From contig JBNMQM010000022.1 of the NCBI GenBank assembly GCA_051278195.1, forward strand, positions 864 to 64,863: a stretch of 64,000 nt of DNA, in the 5' to 3' direction. This DNA comes from Candidatus Azotimanducaceae bacterium. GTDB lineage: Bacteria; Pseudomonadota; Gammaproteobacteria; Pseudomonadales; Azotimanducaceae. The notes below the pieces were generated by a model that searched no databases, was not told the DNA's origin, and saw nothing but the letters and a program-made list of their open reading frames with translations. Of the stretch, positions 20,138 through 30,421 are shown piece after piece. The position numbers and the translations under genes were made by a program. Numbering within the stretch: position 1 is the stretch's first letter; each line of letters begins with the position of its first letter.

Positions 20138-21520
20138 TTATTCTTCAGAGAGCGCCTTTCTTGGCGTATGACGCAAGAACATGAACAACGCCAAAGCAAA
20201 AGTAAGACCTTCTGCTACAGCGAGCGCTGCTACAAATCGGTAGTCATCTAAGAGCACGTAAAACAAGATAAGAAACACTGCGGGCAGAATTAAACCGCGG
20301 CACAGTGCGACTAATCCCGACTGAAAAGGCAGATGTATTGCCGTTAGATACCCTGATATCAACATATTGGCACCTGCGAAGAGAAACAGCGGCCAAACAT
20401 AGGTAACGAATTCCGTCGCCATCGCCACCATCGCAGTACTATTTTGATCGTCTACGAACAGTAAGATCATGGGTTCACTCATCGTTAACAGCACGCTGAT
20501 AAGAACAACACTGAGTAATGCAATGAAGTAAGACGCGGTTTTTAGAAAATCCTCGATTCGTTCTGATCGTCTGGCACCAAAGTTTTGAGAGACCATCACC
20601 TGAACCGTATCTGAAATAGAAAAGAACACCATGAAGCCCAGCATCATTAGGTAGTTAACGACCGTAATGGCGGCTACCCCATCTACGCCGCCACGCTGGA
20701 TCATCATCCAGTTAAATATGAAGGCAATGATCCCGCCGGAGATCTCATTGATGAATTCCGAAATGCCATTGTAAGCTGCTTGAAAAACCTCCTTCCAATT
20801 CTTTTGGCGAAAACCAAACTGCAGCCGTCTCTTTGGCCATAAAAAGTAAAACAACATCACCAACAGTGGTATTGATTGAGAAATACCCGTCGCAAACGCA
20901 GCTCCCGTAAGACCCCAGTCATAGACCGCAATAAACAGATAGTCCAATAGGATGTTTACCACCGCGCCAACCGCAAGCGCCGCCGCGGCCAAATTCGGCA
21001 AGCCATCCAATCGAATGAAAAAGTACAAGCCGATCATCGTAAATTGAGCAAACAGAAACGGCATAATGACGCGGTAGTATTCGCTCATGACAGGGAAGAG
21101 CGCCTCAGTAGCACCAAGCCCTGCAAACAATTGCTCCTCAAACACCAGCCCCAAAGAGATCACCACGGCGCCATAAACCGTCAGGCACACTAAGGTCTTA
21201 CTGAAAATGGCCGATGCTGCAGCGGTATTGCCTTCACCTAGATATTTCCCGCCGCGTACAGAACCACCAATCGACAGCATCATGCCGACGCCGAACAGTA
21301 TTGTCGTGATGGGTAAAATCAAATTGACTGCCGCCAGTGCAGTGATACCGACATAATTGCCGACAAAGAAACCATCGACGAGAGAAGCCGAAGTCATAGC
21401 GATTAAACCCACGAGCGAGGGAACCAGATACTTGAAGAACGTGGGAATAATCGCACCCTGAATAGCATCGCCTGACGCGTCGGTTTTTTCTTCTACTTCA
21501 GAGCCCATAGGGTGCTGCAT
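20138..21520 (-). CDS. MATE family efflux transporter
   Basis: 460 aa and 12 TM helices, with typical MATE blocks (VGNYVGITALAAVNLILP..., QNFGARR). Confidence 0.9.
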   Translation of the reverse strand: MQHPMGSEVEEKTDASGDAIQGAIIPTFFKYLVPSLVGLIAMTSASLVDGFFVGNYVGITALAAVNLILPITTILFGVGMMLSIGGSVRGGKYLGEGNTAAASAIFSKTLVCLTVYGAVVISLGLVFEEQLFAGLGATEALFPVMSEYYRVIMPFLFAQFTMIGLYFFIRLDGLPNLAAAALAVGAVVNILLDYLFIAVYDWGLTGAAFATGISQSIPLLVMLFYFLWPKRRLQFGFRQKNWKEVFQAAYNGISEFINEISGGIIAFIFNWMMIQRGGVDGVAAITVVNYLMMLGFMVFFSISDTVQVMVSQNFGARRSERIEDFLKTASYFIALLSVVLISVLLTMSEPMILLFVDDQNSTAMVAMATEFVTYVWPLFLFAGANMLISGYLTAIHLPFQSGLVALCRGLILPAVFLILFYVLLDDYRFVAALAVAEGLTFALALFMFLRHTPRKALSEE

Positions 21521-21722
21521 CTAGTTGGTACATTGGGAGGTTGGTCTGATGGTTTGTCTAGTGGAACCAGAGAATAACATTGATTAGAGACTGTTCTCGT
21601 TGGCGAGTGGCAATCTAAAGCAAATACACTCAGGTTGATGGTTTAGGCTATTTTTTGCGCTCTGACTATTCCAAAACTAATCGTGTAACATCCTTGCTAA
21701 TTATAAGAAACGACCGCTGGTT

Positions 21723-21983
21723 ATGCCTCTTTCCCCTGCGTACCTTGGAAATGACCCATACCTATTTGTGAGCTATGCGCACTTGGATGATACTGCGGTG
21801 ATGCCAGAAATCGAGTGGCCCAACCTTAATCGATTCAATGTCTGGTATGACGAGGGGGTTTCTGGCGGTTCGGAATGGCGTGAGGAAATCGCCATCGCCG
21901 TTCAGCCGTTCAACCGTTCAACCGTTCAACAACGCGACAAAGGACAAAAAATTCGAATGCTAACGTCGGCTCGCCGGGTCTAA
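21723..21983 (+). pseudogene. TIR-domain protein, N-terminal stub
   Basis: YLFVSYAHLDDTAVMPEIEW...FNVWYDEGVSGGSEWREEIAIAV matches the first beta-alpha units of bacterial TIR (TIR_2-type) domains. The reading frame then enters an 8-bp microsatellite and ends without the rest of the domain. Confidence 0.5.
21898..21929. repeat. 8-bp tandem repeat (CCGTTCAR x4) inside the TIR stub
   Basis: Read directly from the sequence: ccgttcag ccgttcaa ccgttcaa ccgttcaa. The unit length is not a multiple of 3. Confidence 0.9.
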
Positions 21984-22011
21984 AGGTTCTGCTTGTCTTA
22001 TTGGAGTTCAA

Positions 22012-23742
22012 ATGCTTAGAGTTGCATTGGTTGGGATAATACTGATTTTTACGGGTGCTTTCTTGGCCCATGAAGTACAAACAGGCAGCGGCAGTATCCA
22101 GATTGAGGACGTCCGCTGGCAGACCGCTGATGGCGATACGCTCAGTGCTTTGTTGTACGTCCCTGAATCAGCAAGCGCAGAAACGCCAGCGCCTGGCATT
22201 CTGGCGGTACATGGTTATATCAATAGCAGAGAGACCCAGTCTGGGTTTGCTATCGAGTTTGCCCGGCGGGGGTTTGTTGTATTGGCTCTAGATCAGGCTG
22301 GTCATGGTTATTCTTCGCCGCCCGCATTTGCAAACGGTTTTGGTGGGCCTGCGGCCCTCGAGTATCTGCGGGAACTGCCTATCGTCGATCCGATGCGCAT
22401 TGGACTGGAAGGTCACTCGATGGGGGGCTGGACTGTTTTAATGGCGGCAGCCGCGCACCCGCAAAGTTACCAGGCTATGGTGCTCGCAGGGTCTTCCACC
22501 GGAACCTTTGGCGCTCCAGAAGGCACCTCCGAGTTCCCCCGTAATTTGAAGCTGGTGTTTAGCCTCTACGATGAATTCTCGGGCTTCATGTGGAACGAAC
22601 CGATCCCTGCTGACATCGTAATAACACCGAAACTAAAGCAATTGTTTGGTACTAGTGCAACGGTTGTAGAGGGACAACTCTATGGCAGCATAGAAGAGGG
22701 CAGCGCACGAGAACTGGCCATGCCGCCAGTCACCCATCCAGGTGACCACCTTTCAAGGCAGGCTATTGGTACTGCGGTGGACTGGTTTCAGCGCACGCTG
22801 TCACCACCGGCACCGCGGCCTCAACTTGAGCAGACCTGGTATTTTAAGGAACTTGGCACCTTGTTAATGCTGCTTGGACTGGCTTTGCTGGTGCTACCTT
22901 TATTCGAGTTAATCGCCAAGCAAAAGTTCTTTTTAGCGGCGACGACTGAGTCCGTAGCGGATGGTAATACACCCGCTATATGGCGCAAGGTTGCTCTGCT
23001 CAGTACTGTGGTGGTGCCGGTTCTGCTGTTCTTTCCCCTGCAGACGGTTGCCAACCTTGTGCTGCCTTCATCACCGCTGTTACCCCAACAGATTACTAAC
23101 GGGGTGGTTTTGTGGGCCTGGGGTAGCGGGTTGGTTGCCACCATTGTGATGTGGTTTAGCCTTAGTCATCGAGAGGTCGATATTGCCCGTCTTGGGCTAC
23201 CCACGAAGTTGCGCGTGATGACATCCGCGCTGTTGTTGGCGCTAACGGTTGTCGGCGTGCTCTACCTCATAGTGCTTACGACACATGAATGGCTGCTGCT
23301 GGATTATCGATTCTGGGTTGTCGCGCTTAAATCTATGAGCGCTGACCAGTTCAAGGTATTCATCATCTACCTGCCGTTCTTTGCCGCTTTCTTTCTAGCG
23401 TTATCCGCCGCTACCCACTTGCCGGGTCAAAGGCTGTTATCTGCGGCTCAAGATGCCACCCGCAATGCGCTGTCGTTAAGTGGGGGCTTTGTTTTTCTGT
23501 TGATTGCTCAATATCTACCACTGTTTCTGGGGGGCAGTTTGCTCATTGCAAGTCAGCCACTGTTAACAATTGTGGCACTTCAATTTGTGCCGCTACTGGC
23601 TCTGATTGCGATCATTTCTACCATCTGCTTTCATCGCACTCACAACATATATACTGGGGCCTTTATTAATAGTTTGTTAGTGACCTGGTATATGGTGGCG
23701 GGGACGGCCACGCAGGCAGTGCCATTTTGGTCGGGCATTTAA
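22012..23742 (+). CDS. alpha/beta hydrolase fused to a C-terminal polytopic membrane domain
   Basis: N-terminal TM helix and a hydrolase core (ILAVHGYINSRE, LDQAGHGYS, GHSMGGW nucleophile elbow). About 300 aa with roughly 8 hydrophobic helices follow. Confidence 0.8.
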   Translation: MLRVALVGIILIFTGAFLAHEVQTGSGSIQIEDVRWQTADGDTLSALLYVPESASAETPAPGILAVHGYINSRETQSGFAIEFARRGFVVLALDQAGHGYSSPPAFANGFGGPAALEYLRELPIVDPMRIGLEGHSMGGWTVLMAAAAHPQSYQAMVLAGSSTGTFGAPEGTSEFPRNLKLVFSLYDEFSGFMWNEPIPADIVITPKLKQLFGTSATVVEGQLYGSIEEGSARELAMPPVTHPGDHLSRQAIGTAVDWFQRTLSPPAPRPQLEQTWYFKELGTLLMLLGLALLVLPLFELIAKQKFFLAATTESVADGNTPAIWRKVALLSTVVVPVLLFFPLQTVANLVLPSSPLLPQQITNGVVLWAWGSGLVATIVMWFSLSHREVDIARLGLPTKLRVMTSALLLALTVVGVLYLIVLTTHEWLLLDYRFWVVALKSMSADQFKVFIIYLPFFAAFFLALSAATHLPGQRLLSAAQDATRNALSLSGGFVFLLIAQYLPLFLGGSLLIASQPLLTIVALQFVPLLALIAIISTICFHRTHNIYTGAFINSLLVTWYMVAGTATQAVPFWSGI

Positions 23743-23839
23743 AAAGTACTCTTACAACGACTCCTTCAATAGCACTGTCCCTTTACTCCGGCGCCATTTC
23801 TGAACATCATGGCGACCAAAGTTGATCGAGAAAACCACA

Positions 23840-24511
23840 ATGCCAACACTTCACGGATTTGCCTACAGCAACTACTACAACATGCCGAAACACGCATTGC
23901 TTTATAAAGGCGCGGATTTTCAGGAAGACCTCGTATACCCGAGTGCTGAAGGGTACAACAAGCTAAGCCCTGCGCTGAAAGTGCCGAGCCTGACAACCGA
24001 CGATGGCCACTGTCTTTCAGAAGCCGCGGTGCTGCTTGAATACATCGAAGAAGCCTACCCCGACAAGCCCTTGTTTCCTAAAGACCTTGTAGAGCGTAAT
24101 AAAGTGCGGCAATTGATGCATATGGCAGAGTTGTACATAGAATTGCCTAATCGAAGGTTGCTATCTTACAGCTTTAGTCATCAGCCGGCTCCAGAACAGC
24201 TGGTTAAAGAAGTAAAGAGCGTTATAGATCGGGGCGTAAACAGCATCAATGCCTTGGCAACTTTTTCCCCGTGGGCCTTTGGTGACGACTTCACCATGGC
24301 GGACATCTATTTGTATTACGTATTAACCGTCGCTGATATGGGTAGCAGCATGACAGGAGTCGATCTGAACAGCCGCATTCCAGGGCTTTCGGAATGGCGC
24401 GCAAAGCTCGCCGCCGACCCTGTCACACAGCGTGTTGCTGCTGATATGGAAGCGAATCGTGAAGGCTTTTTTGGCTATATTCAAAGTCTCAGCCAAGCCA
24501 CGAGAGTATAG
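23840..24511 (+). CDS. glutathione S-transferase family protein
   Basis: The N-terminal thioredoxin-like part (KVPSLTTDDGHCLSEAAVLLEYIEE) and the helical C-domain fit a GST. Start moved to the ATG at 23840. Confidence 0.8.
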   Translation: MPTLHGFAYSNYYNMPKHALLYKGADFQEDLVYPSAEGYNKLSPALKVPSLTTDDGHCLSEAAVLLEYIEEAYPDKPLFPKDLVERNKVRQLMHMAELYIELPNRRLLSYSFSHQPAPEQLVKEVKSVIDRGVNSINALATFSPWAFGDDFTMADIYLYYVLTVADMGSSMTGVDLNSRIPGLSEWRAKLAADPVTQRVAADMEANREGFFGYIQSLSQATRV

Positions 24512-24569
24512 GTGTGGCAAAGTAAAAGGGTCAGATTAAGTTAGGTAAATCCGAATTGAGGAAACTGTC

Positions 24570-25391
24570 ATGAAAGATAAAATTGTGCTGATTACAGGTG
24601 GGAATAGCGGTATTGGTAAAGTCACCGCCACGGATTTGGCGAAACGCGGTGCAAAAGTTTTTATCGCCTGTCGTGATAGTGCGAAAACGCAGGCAGCGCT
24701 AGTAGAAATCAATGCGGTGGCCGCGGTACCCGTTGAGAACTTACCCGTGGAACTCGGGAGCCTTACATCTGTTCGCAAACTTATTGACCTGTGCCAGTCA
24801 AAGTTTGATCAGCTAGACGTGCTGATTAACAATGCCGGTGTCTTCCCCATGAAGAAGCAACTCACAGAAGATGGGTTTGAGATGCAATTCGGGGTGAATC
24901 ATCTGTCTCATTTTTTGTTAACTCAAGGTCTGCTAGAAAACTTGAAGAAGTGTGACCATGCGAGGGTTATTACCGTGTCCTCAAAATTACACAAAAGTGG
25001 CGTGATTGATTTTGATAGTTTCAAAGGGGAAAAATCCTACAACAGTCAAACTGCTTATGGTCAATCCAAACTGGCCAACGTGCTTTTCGCTGTCGAGTTG
25101 GCTAAACGGCTAAAAGGCACCGGAGTAACATCAAATGCACTGCACCCAGGCGCCGTACGGACCGATATCGTTCGTGATCTGCCCTGGATAGTTAGAAAGG
25201 TGATTTATCTGATGTTCATTGGTGTTGAGAAAGGCGCGCAAACCAACATAAAACTTGCGACTGATGAATCCCTGACATCTGTAACTGGAAAGTATTTTGA
25301 CCAGACCAAACTGGACGAATGTTCGCCGTTAGCTGACGACACTGAATTACGCGAACGTCTTTGGACAGAAAGCGAACGCCTCGTTTCATAG
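24570..25391 (+). CDS. SDR family oxidoreductase (retinol-dehydrogenase-like)
   Basis: VLITGGNSGIGK, NNAG and YGQSKLANVLF motifs. Confidence 0.9.
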   Translation: MKDKIVLITGGNSGIGKVTATDLAKRGAKVFIACRDSAKTQAALVEINAVAAVPVENLPVELGSLTSVRKLIDLCQSKFDQLDVLINNAGVFPMKKQLTEDGFEMQFGVNHLSHFLLTQGLLENLKKCDHARVITVSSKLHKSGVIDFDSFKGEKSYNSQTAYGQSKLANVLFAVELAKRLKGTGVTSNALHPGAVRTDIVRDLPWIVRKVIYLMFIGVEKGAQTNIKLATDESLTSVTGKYFDQTKLDECSPLADDTELRERLWTESERLVS

Positions 25392-25433
25392 AGCCAAAAG
25401 AAATGGGGAAGGCTCAAGCTGACCTCATTTCTT

Positions 25434-26870
25434 TTAACGCGCGCTCATCGGTTGGAATGGCTGGCCAGCTCGCTCACGCACCTCGCGTTCTGGATACAAA
25501 AGATAAAGCGCTGCACCTATCAAACAAAAAACTCCTGCGACAGGGCCAATCAATTGCACACCCAAGGGCTCTTCAACACTGCGGCCGTAACCGGAAAGCA
25601 AGAAGCTTAAAATTGCTGCCGATGCTGCATAGACCCATTTTGTAAAAAGCCCCTGCACGCCGTAATACATTGCCGCTCGGTTCGCGCCGGTTTCCGCCTC
25701 GTCAAGGTCAATCAGCTGGCCCATGAGAACGGTTGGCAAGATCATGAAGCCAGCAATCGATAACCCCTTTATCACGGTCGAGATCACAACCACTGTTAGG
25801 TTAAGTAGATCACCAGGTGCGCCAGGCGCATGGGGCGATAGCAGGCCGTACGGAAACATTGATACGCCTAGTAGTAGGATACTAACGATGACTGTATTGC
25901 GCGCGCCAATTCGATTGACCACCAAATGAACAAACACAAACCCAAGTATGATGCCGGGTAGCATGGCAAGCGACAATGTCGCTGCAAATCCTTCATCGCG
26001 ACCTAGCAGTACCCTTACGATGTACGGCACTGCAGGGCCAGTCATCGAAATGCCCAATATAAAAACGATCTGTGCGCCCAAGTAAATCATAAAGGGGCGA
26101 TTTTTTAGTGTCGTCTTCAGCGCCTCTGACATCTTCATGGTTGAGCGAACGATAGGAAACCGTGAATCATCGATTGCTATAATGGGCGCCATGCAAGCTA
26201 TGAAGGAAAAGACGCAGGAGATAATCACAACTATCTGGACAGCTGTCGTCGCGTCGTATCCTGCGTCCTTCAATGCGCCGACGCCCGCCAACCAAAGAAT
26301 GCCGTAAGCCATAATCATTGGGCCACCGACCATCGCGCGAAGACGCGACAAGCGGACTCTTTCAGCTTCGGTTCTGGCAATTTCTGGAATAAGCGCGTGC
26401 CAAGGTGCGACGTACACCGTGAAAAAAATATAATACAAGGCCAGCACGACCGTTAAATAAACGAAGATATCAGTGCTGCCAGGTTCACCTGGCGGGAAAA
26501 ACAGCAACGCAGGGCAGCCAACCATCGGTACGATCCCAGCGATCAAGAAAATACGTCGACGCCCCCATTTTGATGTTGAGCTATCGGAATAGTGGCCCAC
26601 CAGCGGATCAGCCAACGAATCAACAATACCGCCGATGATACGAGCAAGGCCATATGCGGTGAGCACACCAAGAAATATTTCCTCGCTGACCAGAGTGGGT
26701 AGTCCGGCACCATCTGGGGGCAGGTAGAAATAAATGCCGATGGAGCTAACCATTGCAGACGTTATCTGCCAGCCTGGATAGCCAATAACAAATAATAACC
26801 AGTCGCGATGCGTTAAGTTAGGACTGCCAGCAATCAGCTCAACCCGCTTGTCTTGAACAGAATTACTCAA
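25434..26870 (-). CDS. MFS transporter, glycoside-pentoside-hexuronide (GPH)-like
   Basis: 12 TM helices. The DSLADPLVGHYSDSSTSKWGRRRIFL motif is characteristic of GPH/MelB-type symporters. Confidence 0.8.
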   Translation of the reverse strand: MSNSVQDKRVELIAGSPNLTHRDWLLFVIGYPGWQITSAMVSSIGIYFYLPPDGAGLPTLVSEEIFLGVLTAYGLARIIGGIVDSLADPLVGHYSDSSTSKWGRRRIFLIAGIVPMVGCPALLFFPPGEPGSTDIFVYLTVVLALYYIFFTVYVAPWHALIPEIARTEAERVRLSRLRAMVGGPMIMAYGILWLAGVGALKDAGYDATTAVQIVVIISCVFSFIACMAPIIAIDDSRFPIVRSTMKMSEALKTTLKNRPFMIYLGAQIVFILGISMTGPAVPYIVRVLLGRDEGFAATLSLAMLPGIILGFVFVHLVVNRIGARNTVIVSILLLGVSMFPYGLLSPHAPGAPGDLLNLTVVVISTVIKGLSIAGFMILPTVLMGQLIDLDEAETGANRAAMYYGVQGLFTKWVYAASAAILSFLLSGYGRSVEEPLGVQLIGPVAGVFCLIGAALYLLYPEREVRERAGQPFQPMSAR

Positions 26871-27708
26871 CTGGTCTGGTCAGAAAATCACCGATTAGAT
26901 TAGTCACCATCAAGGCTGCTCTTTTGCTTAAATGAATTCCGTCCGTCATGAATGCCATATCGTTTGCATCAGCAATATCATCCCAACCTGTGAATAGAAC
27001 ATAGCGACGCATAATGGCTTGAGGCACCGCAGCTAAATCCAACTCCTGAGGCGGATTGTGCCGTTGTTGCTTCAGCTTTTCATCGAGCTGTTCATTAAGC
27101 GGTAAGTAGGTCAAATCGTGCTGTTCTGCAAGTCGACGAACAAATTCTGAATATTCTGCAGCTCGCGCGTAGCCTTGATGGGCCGGGTTTTCCGTTACCG
27201 GCGGTAAAGAGATCAGAGCGATTTTGGCTTTTGTTCGGCCTTGCAACTCTTCAACCAGTAGAGTTAGGTTTGCTTCATACCATTCGCGATTGGGTGCCTG
27301 GGGCAGGTCCTGCGACTCAATATATTGATCTGCTTGCTCCTGGCTAAGTGTGCCTAGGACGTCATTGGTACCGATAAGGATGGTAATATAGTCAGGGTCA
27401 ATTTCAACAACGGGGTCAACTCTTTGCAGTAAGTTGTAAGCTAGCTGGCCGTTTATTCCGGCATTTACAAAACTGAATCCTTGGTCAGAAAAGCGTGTTG
27501 AAAGCTCGTCAACATAGTTGTAGCTGACCTTTCCATGGGTGATGCTGTCACCCATACAAACCACGACCTTTTTATTTCCTTCAGCTGACTTCTGATAGGC
27601 CCCTGGGTGGTTGTCCGGCAGTTTGAAGGCTGCATACATCGCGTAGCTGAAGGTGCTTAGTATCACTAAAGTTAGAACAGTTACCGATGCGACTATTTTC
27701 TTAATCAT
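26863..27708 (-). CDS. SGNH/GDSL hydrolase, secreted
   Basis: Signal peptide, block I VVVCMGDSITHG, block III GTND and block V DGIHLS. It overlaps the transporter start by 8 bp, suggesting an operon. Confidence 0.85.
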   Translation of the reverse strand: MIKKIVASVTVLTLVILSTFSYAMYAAFKLPDNHPGAYQKSAEGNKKVVVCMGDSITHGKVSYNYVDELSTRFSDQGFSFVNAGINGQLAYNLLQRVDPVVEIDPDYITILIGTNDVLGTLSQEQADQYIESQDLPQAPNREWYEANLTLLVEELQGRTKAKIALISLPPVTENPAHQGYARAAEYSEFVRRLAEQHDLTYLPLNEQLDEKLKQQRHNPPQELDLAAVPQAIMRRYVLFTGWDDIADANDMAFMTDGIHLSKRAALMVTNLIGDFLTRPVE

Positions 27709-28076
27709 CCTGATCGAAATTCCATTGCGAAGAAGGCGAATACCAAACTATCTTTCAACATCCTAGTCTGCCAGTCGTCATTCGTCCAAACAAAGAAAAC
27801 AGTTCGTTTAAAATGACAGAGTAAATACAGCTAACAATCAATTGCTTGATTTGCTTATCCGTTAGGACATGCTGGGTTCGACGGTCACGACCCTACCTGA
27901 ATGATCGCATCGGACCAATCGACTACCCATCAATCACAATATTGAACAACTTAAAAATCAAGCTAGAGGTTTCCTCAAAGCCCTTAGAGTCGCTGATGAA
28001 GCGCGCAGGGAGGTCTTGGCTTTGCTTGATAGGATTACGGGTAAAACGCCACCAGTCGCCCTTGCTACCAGAGTGA

Positions 28077-28535
<459 letters not shown>

Positions 28536-28774
28536 CCACTACACCATATGCCTTCACCTACGAGTTAGTAGCAGAGGAATATCACTCAGGAGTCTTGGGC
28601 AAACACAGGGAAACCCCCGACTCGCCATCAACAAAGCCCACGCGTGGTTGCCATAATAAATTCATGCACCATTCTGCTATCAATACCTATGGAGATCCTC
28701 CGGTGTCCATGTAACTTTATTGTCATCGCCTACGTGACTTCGATCTTCTCCATCATAGTTCTCGATTATGGTTT

Positions 28775-30184
28775 TCAATCGTTATCAGAAGCGTTTTGAT
28801 CATCTATTTCATCAAACTTAGCGGCCATCGTGGGGTTGCGTCGAGTTAGCTTCTTGATCGTGACATCCTGTGACTTGTCGTTTGCCAAGCGAAGGTTTCG
28901 ATCTGTACTCAGCAAGGCGTCCTTTGTTTTCTGCAGGTGGTCGATTGACTTATCAATCTCGTCGATTGCGGTTTGGAATTTCTTGGAGGCAAGGTCATAG
29001 TTCTTAGCGAATGCACTCTTAAATTTATCGAGGTCGTTTTCGAAATTTGTGATGTCGACGCTCTGTGCTTTAACTAACGCGAGCTCCTTCTTGTATTCAA
29101 GTGACTTCATGGATGCATTGCGCAGCAAGGTAATAATTGGCAGAAAGAACTGTGGCCGAACGACGTACATCTTTGGATAGCGGTGAAATACGTCGACGAT
29201 ACCAGAGTTGTAAAGTTCACTATCGGGTTCGAGTAGGGACACCAGCACTGCATACTCGCAGCCTTTCTCTGTCCGATCCTTATCCAACTCCTTAAGAAAG
29301 TCTTCGTTCTTTTTCTTTGTTGCAGTGGTGTCATTTTCGTTCTTCATCTCAAACATGATCGAAACAATCTCAGTGCCTGTTTCGTCCAAGTCGCGAAAAA
29401 TGTAGTCACCCTTGCTGCCGGTACTCGCGTCATTATCTTTCTCGAAATAGGCGCGCGGAAATGCTGTTGCTCGGATGCGGTTGAACTCGGTGTCGCAGTG
29501 CTGTTCAAGCGTTTCACCCACCATCTTGGTCGATAGACGTGCCTTCATGTCCCGGAGTCGTTCGATCGCATCGTCGCGATCTTTGAGCTGAGTTTCGTAC
29601 TTATCCTTGAGTGACGTCTCGGCGAGTTGCTTTTCAAGTGCTGCTTGCTTGAGGCCGTGCTGTAATTCATCACGTTCTTTCTCGATCACACTCACTGCGC
29701 CTGTGATCGCGACCTTCTGTTCAAGTTGGGTGTTGTCGAGTTTGCTTTTTAAAGACTGGATTTCTTTATCTTTGCTGGCAGCAGTTTCCTGTAGTTCCTT
29801 GGCAAGTTTTGATTCGGCAAGTTCGGCAGCGGCTTGTTTGTCGCGCTTGGTCTGTTCAAGCTCGCTGGCCAGGGTATCACGCTCTTTTTCAACCTTGCTT
29901 AGCACCTCGGCCACCGCCAGTTTTCTCTCGACTTGATCGGCAGCCAATCTAGCTTGTAGGGATTGAATCTCGGTATCTTTGGCTGCCGCGGCCTTTTGCA
30001 TTTCGCTTCCAACTTCGCTTTTGGCGAGTGCGACTGCAGTCAGTTTTTCCTTTTCGGCCAGTTCAAGCCGGTCGTGCAACTGTTGGTCAAACTCGGAGTC
30101 GCGGACCTGCTTTAGAATGTCTGCATAGCCGGTTTCGTCGATTTTGAATGCCTTATTGCAGTGCGGGCAGGTGATTTCATGCAT
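28775..30184 (-). CDS. DUF2130-family protein (Zn-ribbon, long coiled coil, PD-(D/E)xK-like C-domain)
   Basis: [29 protein letters not shown] at the N-terminus, then about 220 aa of heptad-rich sequence. The C-domain reads GDYIFRD...[12 protein letters not shown]...CEYAVLVS. Start set at M32 of the tracked ORF. Confidence 0.75.
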   Translation of the reverse strand: MHEITCPHCNKAFKIDETGYADILKQVRDSEFDQQLHDRLELAEKEKLTAVALAKSEVGSEMQKAAAAKDTEIQSLQARLAADQVERKLAVAEVLSKVEKERDTLASELEQTKRDKQAAAELAESKLAKELQETAASKDKEIQSLKSKLDNTQLEQKVAITGAVSVIEKERDELQHGLKQAALEKQLAETSLKDKYETQLKDRDDAIERLRDMKARLSTKMVGETLEQHCDTEFNRIRATAFPRAYFEKDNDASTGSKGDYIFRDLDETGTEIVSIMFEMKNENDTTATKKKNEDFLKELDKDRTEKGCEYAVLVSLLEPDSELYNSGIVDVFHRYPKMYVVRPQFFLPIITLLRNASMKSLEYKKELALVKAQSVDITNFENDLDKFKSAFAKNYDLASKKFQTAIDEIDKSIDHLQKTKDALLSTDRNLRLANDKSQDVTIKKLTRRNPTMAAKFDEIDDQNASDND

Positions 30185-30421
30185 GTATTGTTCTCTACCT
30201 TTTTGACGAAGATTCGCGTTTGTTAGTTTCGAGACGCGCCGACGGCTTTCAGCGACCTGTGCCATGTATTCGAACACGCTCGATTAGCTTCTCCAAACGT
30301 TTCGGAGTCTTTCTGACAAATTTGCACAACTTTTGCTCAGCTTTCGCTCAACTTTCGGCCAACGAAGAAATAGAGTTAGGCTTGTGCGTCAAACCTCAGG
30401 TCGTGGTTAGAATCTATTGGG

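Noticed and set aside
21930-22037. Idea that repeat-number change in the 8-bp microsatellite could fuse the TIR stub to the downstream hydrolase gene (phase variation)
   Set aside because: I translated both alternative frames after the repeat. One stops at 21961-21963 and the other at 22037-22039, so no fusion or TIR continuation is possible.
27874-27894. GGGTTCGA... segment resembling a tRNA T-arm, considered as a tRNA or att-site remnant at the islet border
   Set aside because: The flanking bases do not form a T-stem (CTGGG is not complemented). No acceptor stem or CCA context is present, and I found no matching direct repeat at the other islet border.
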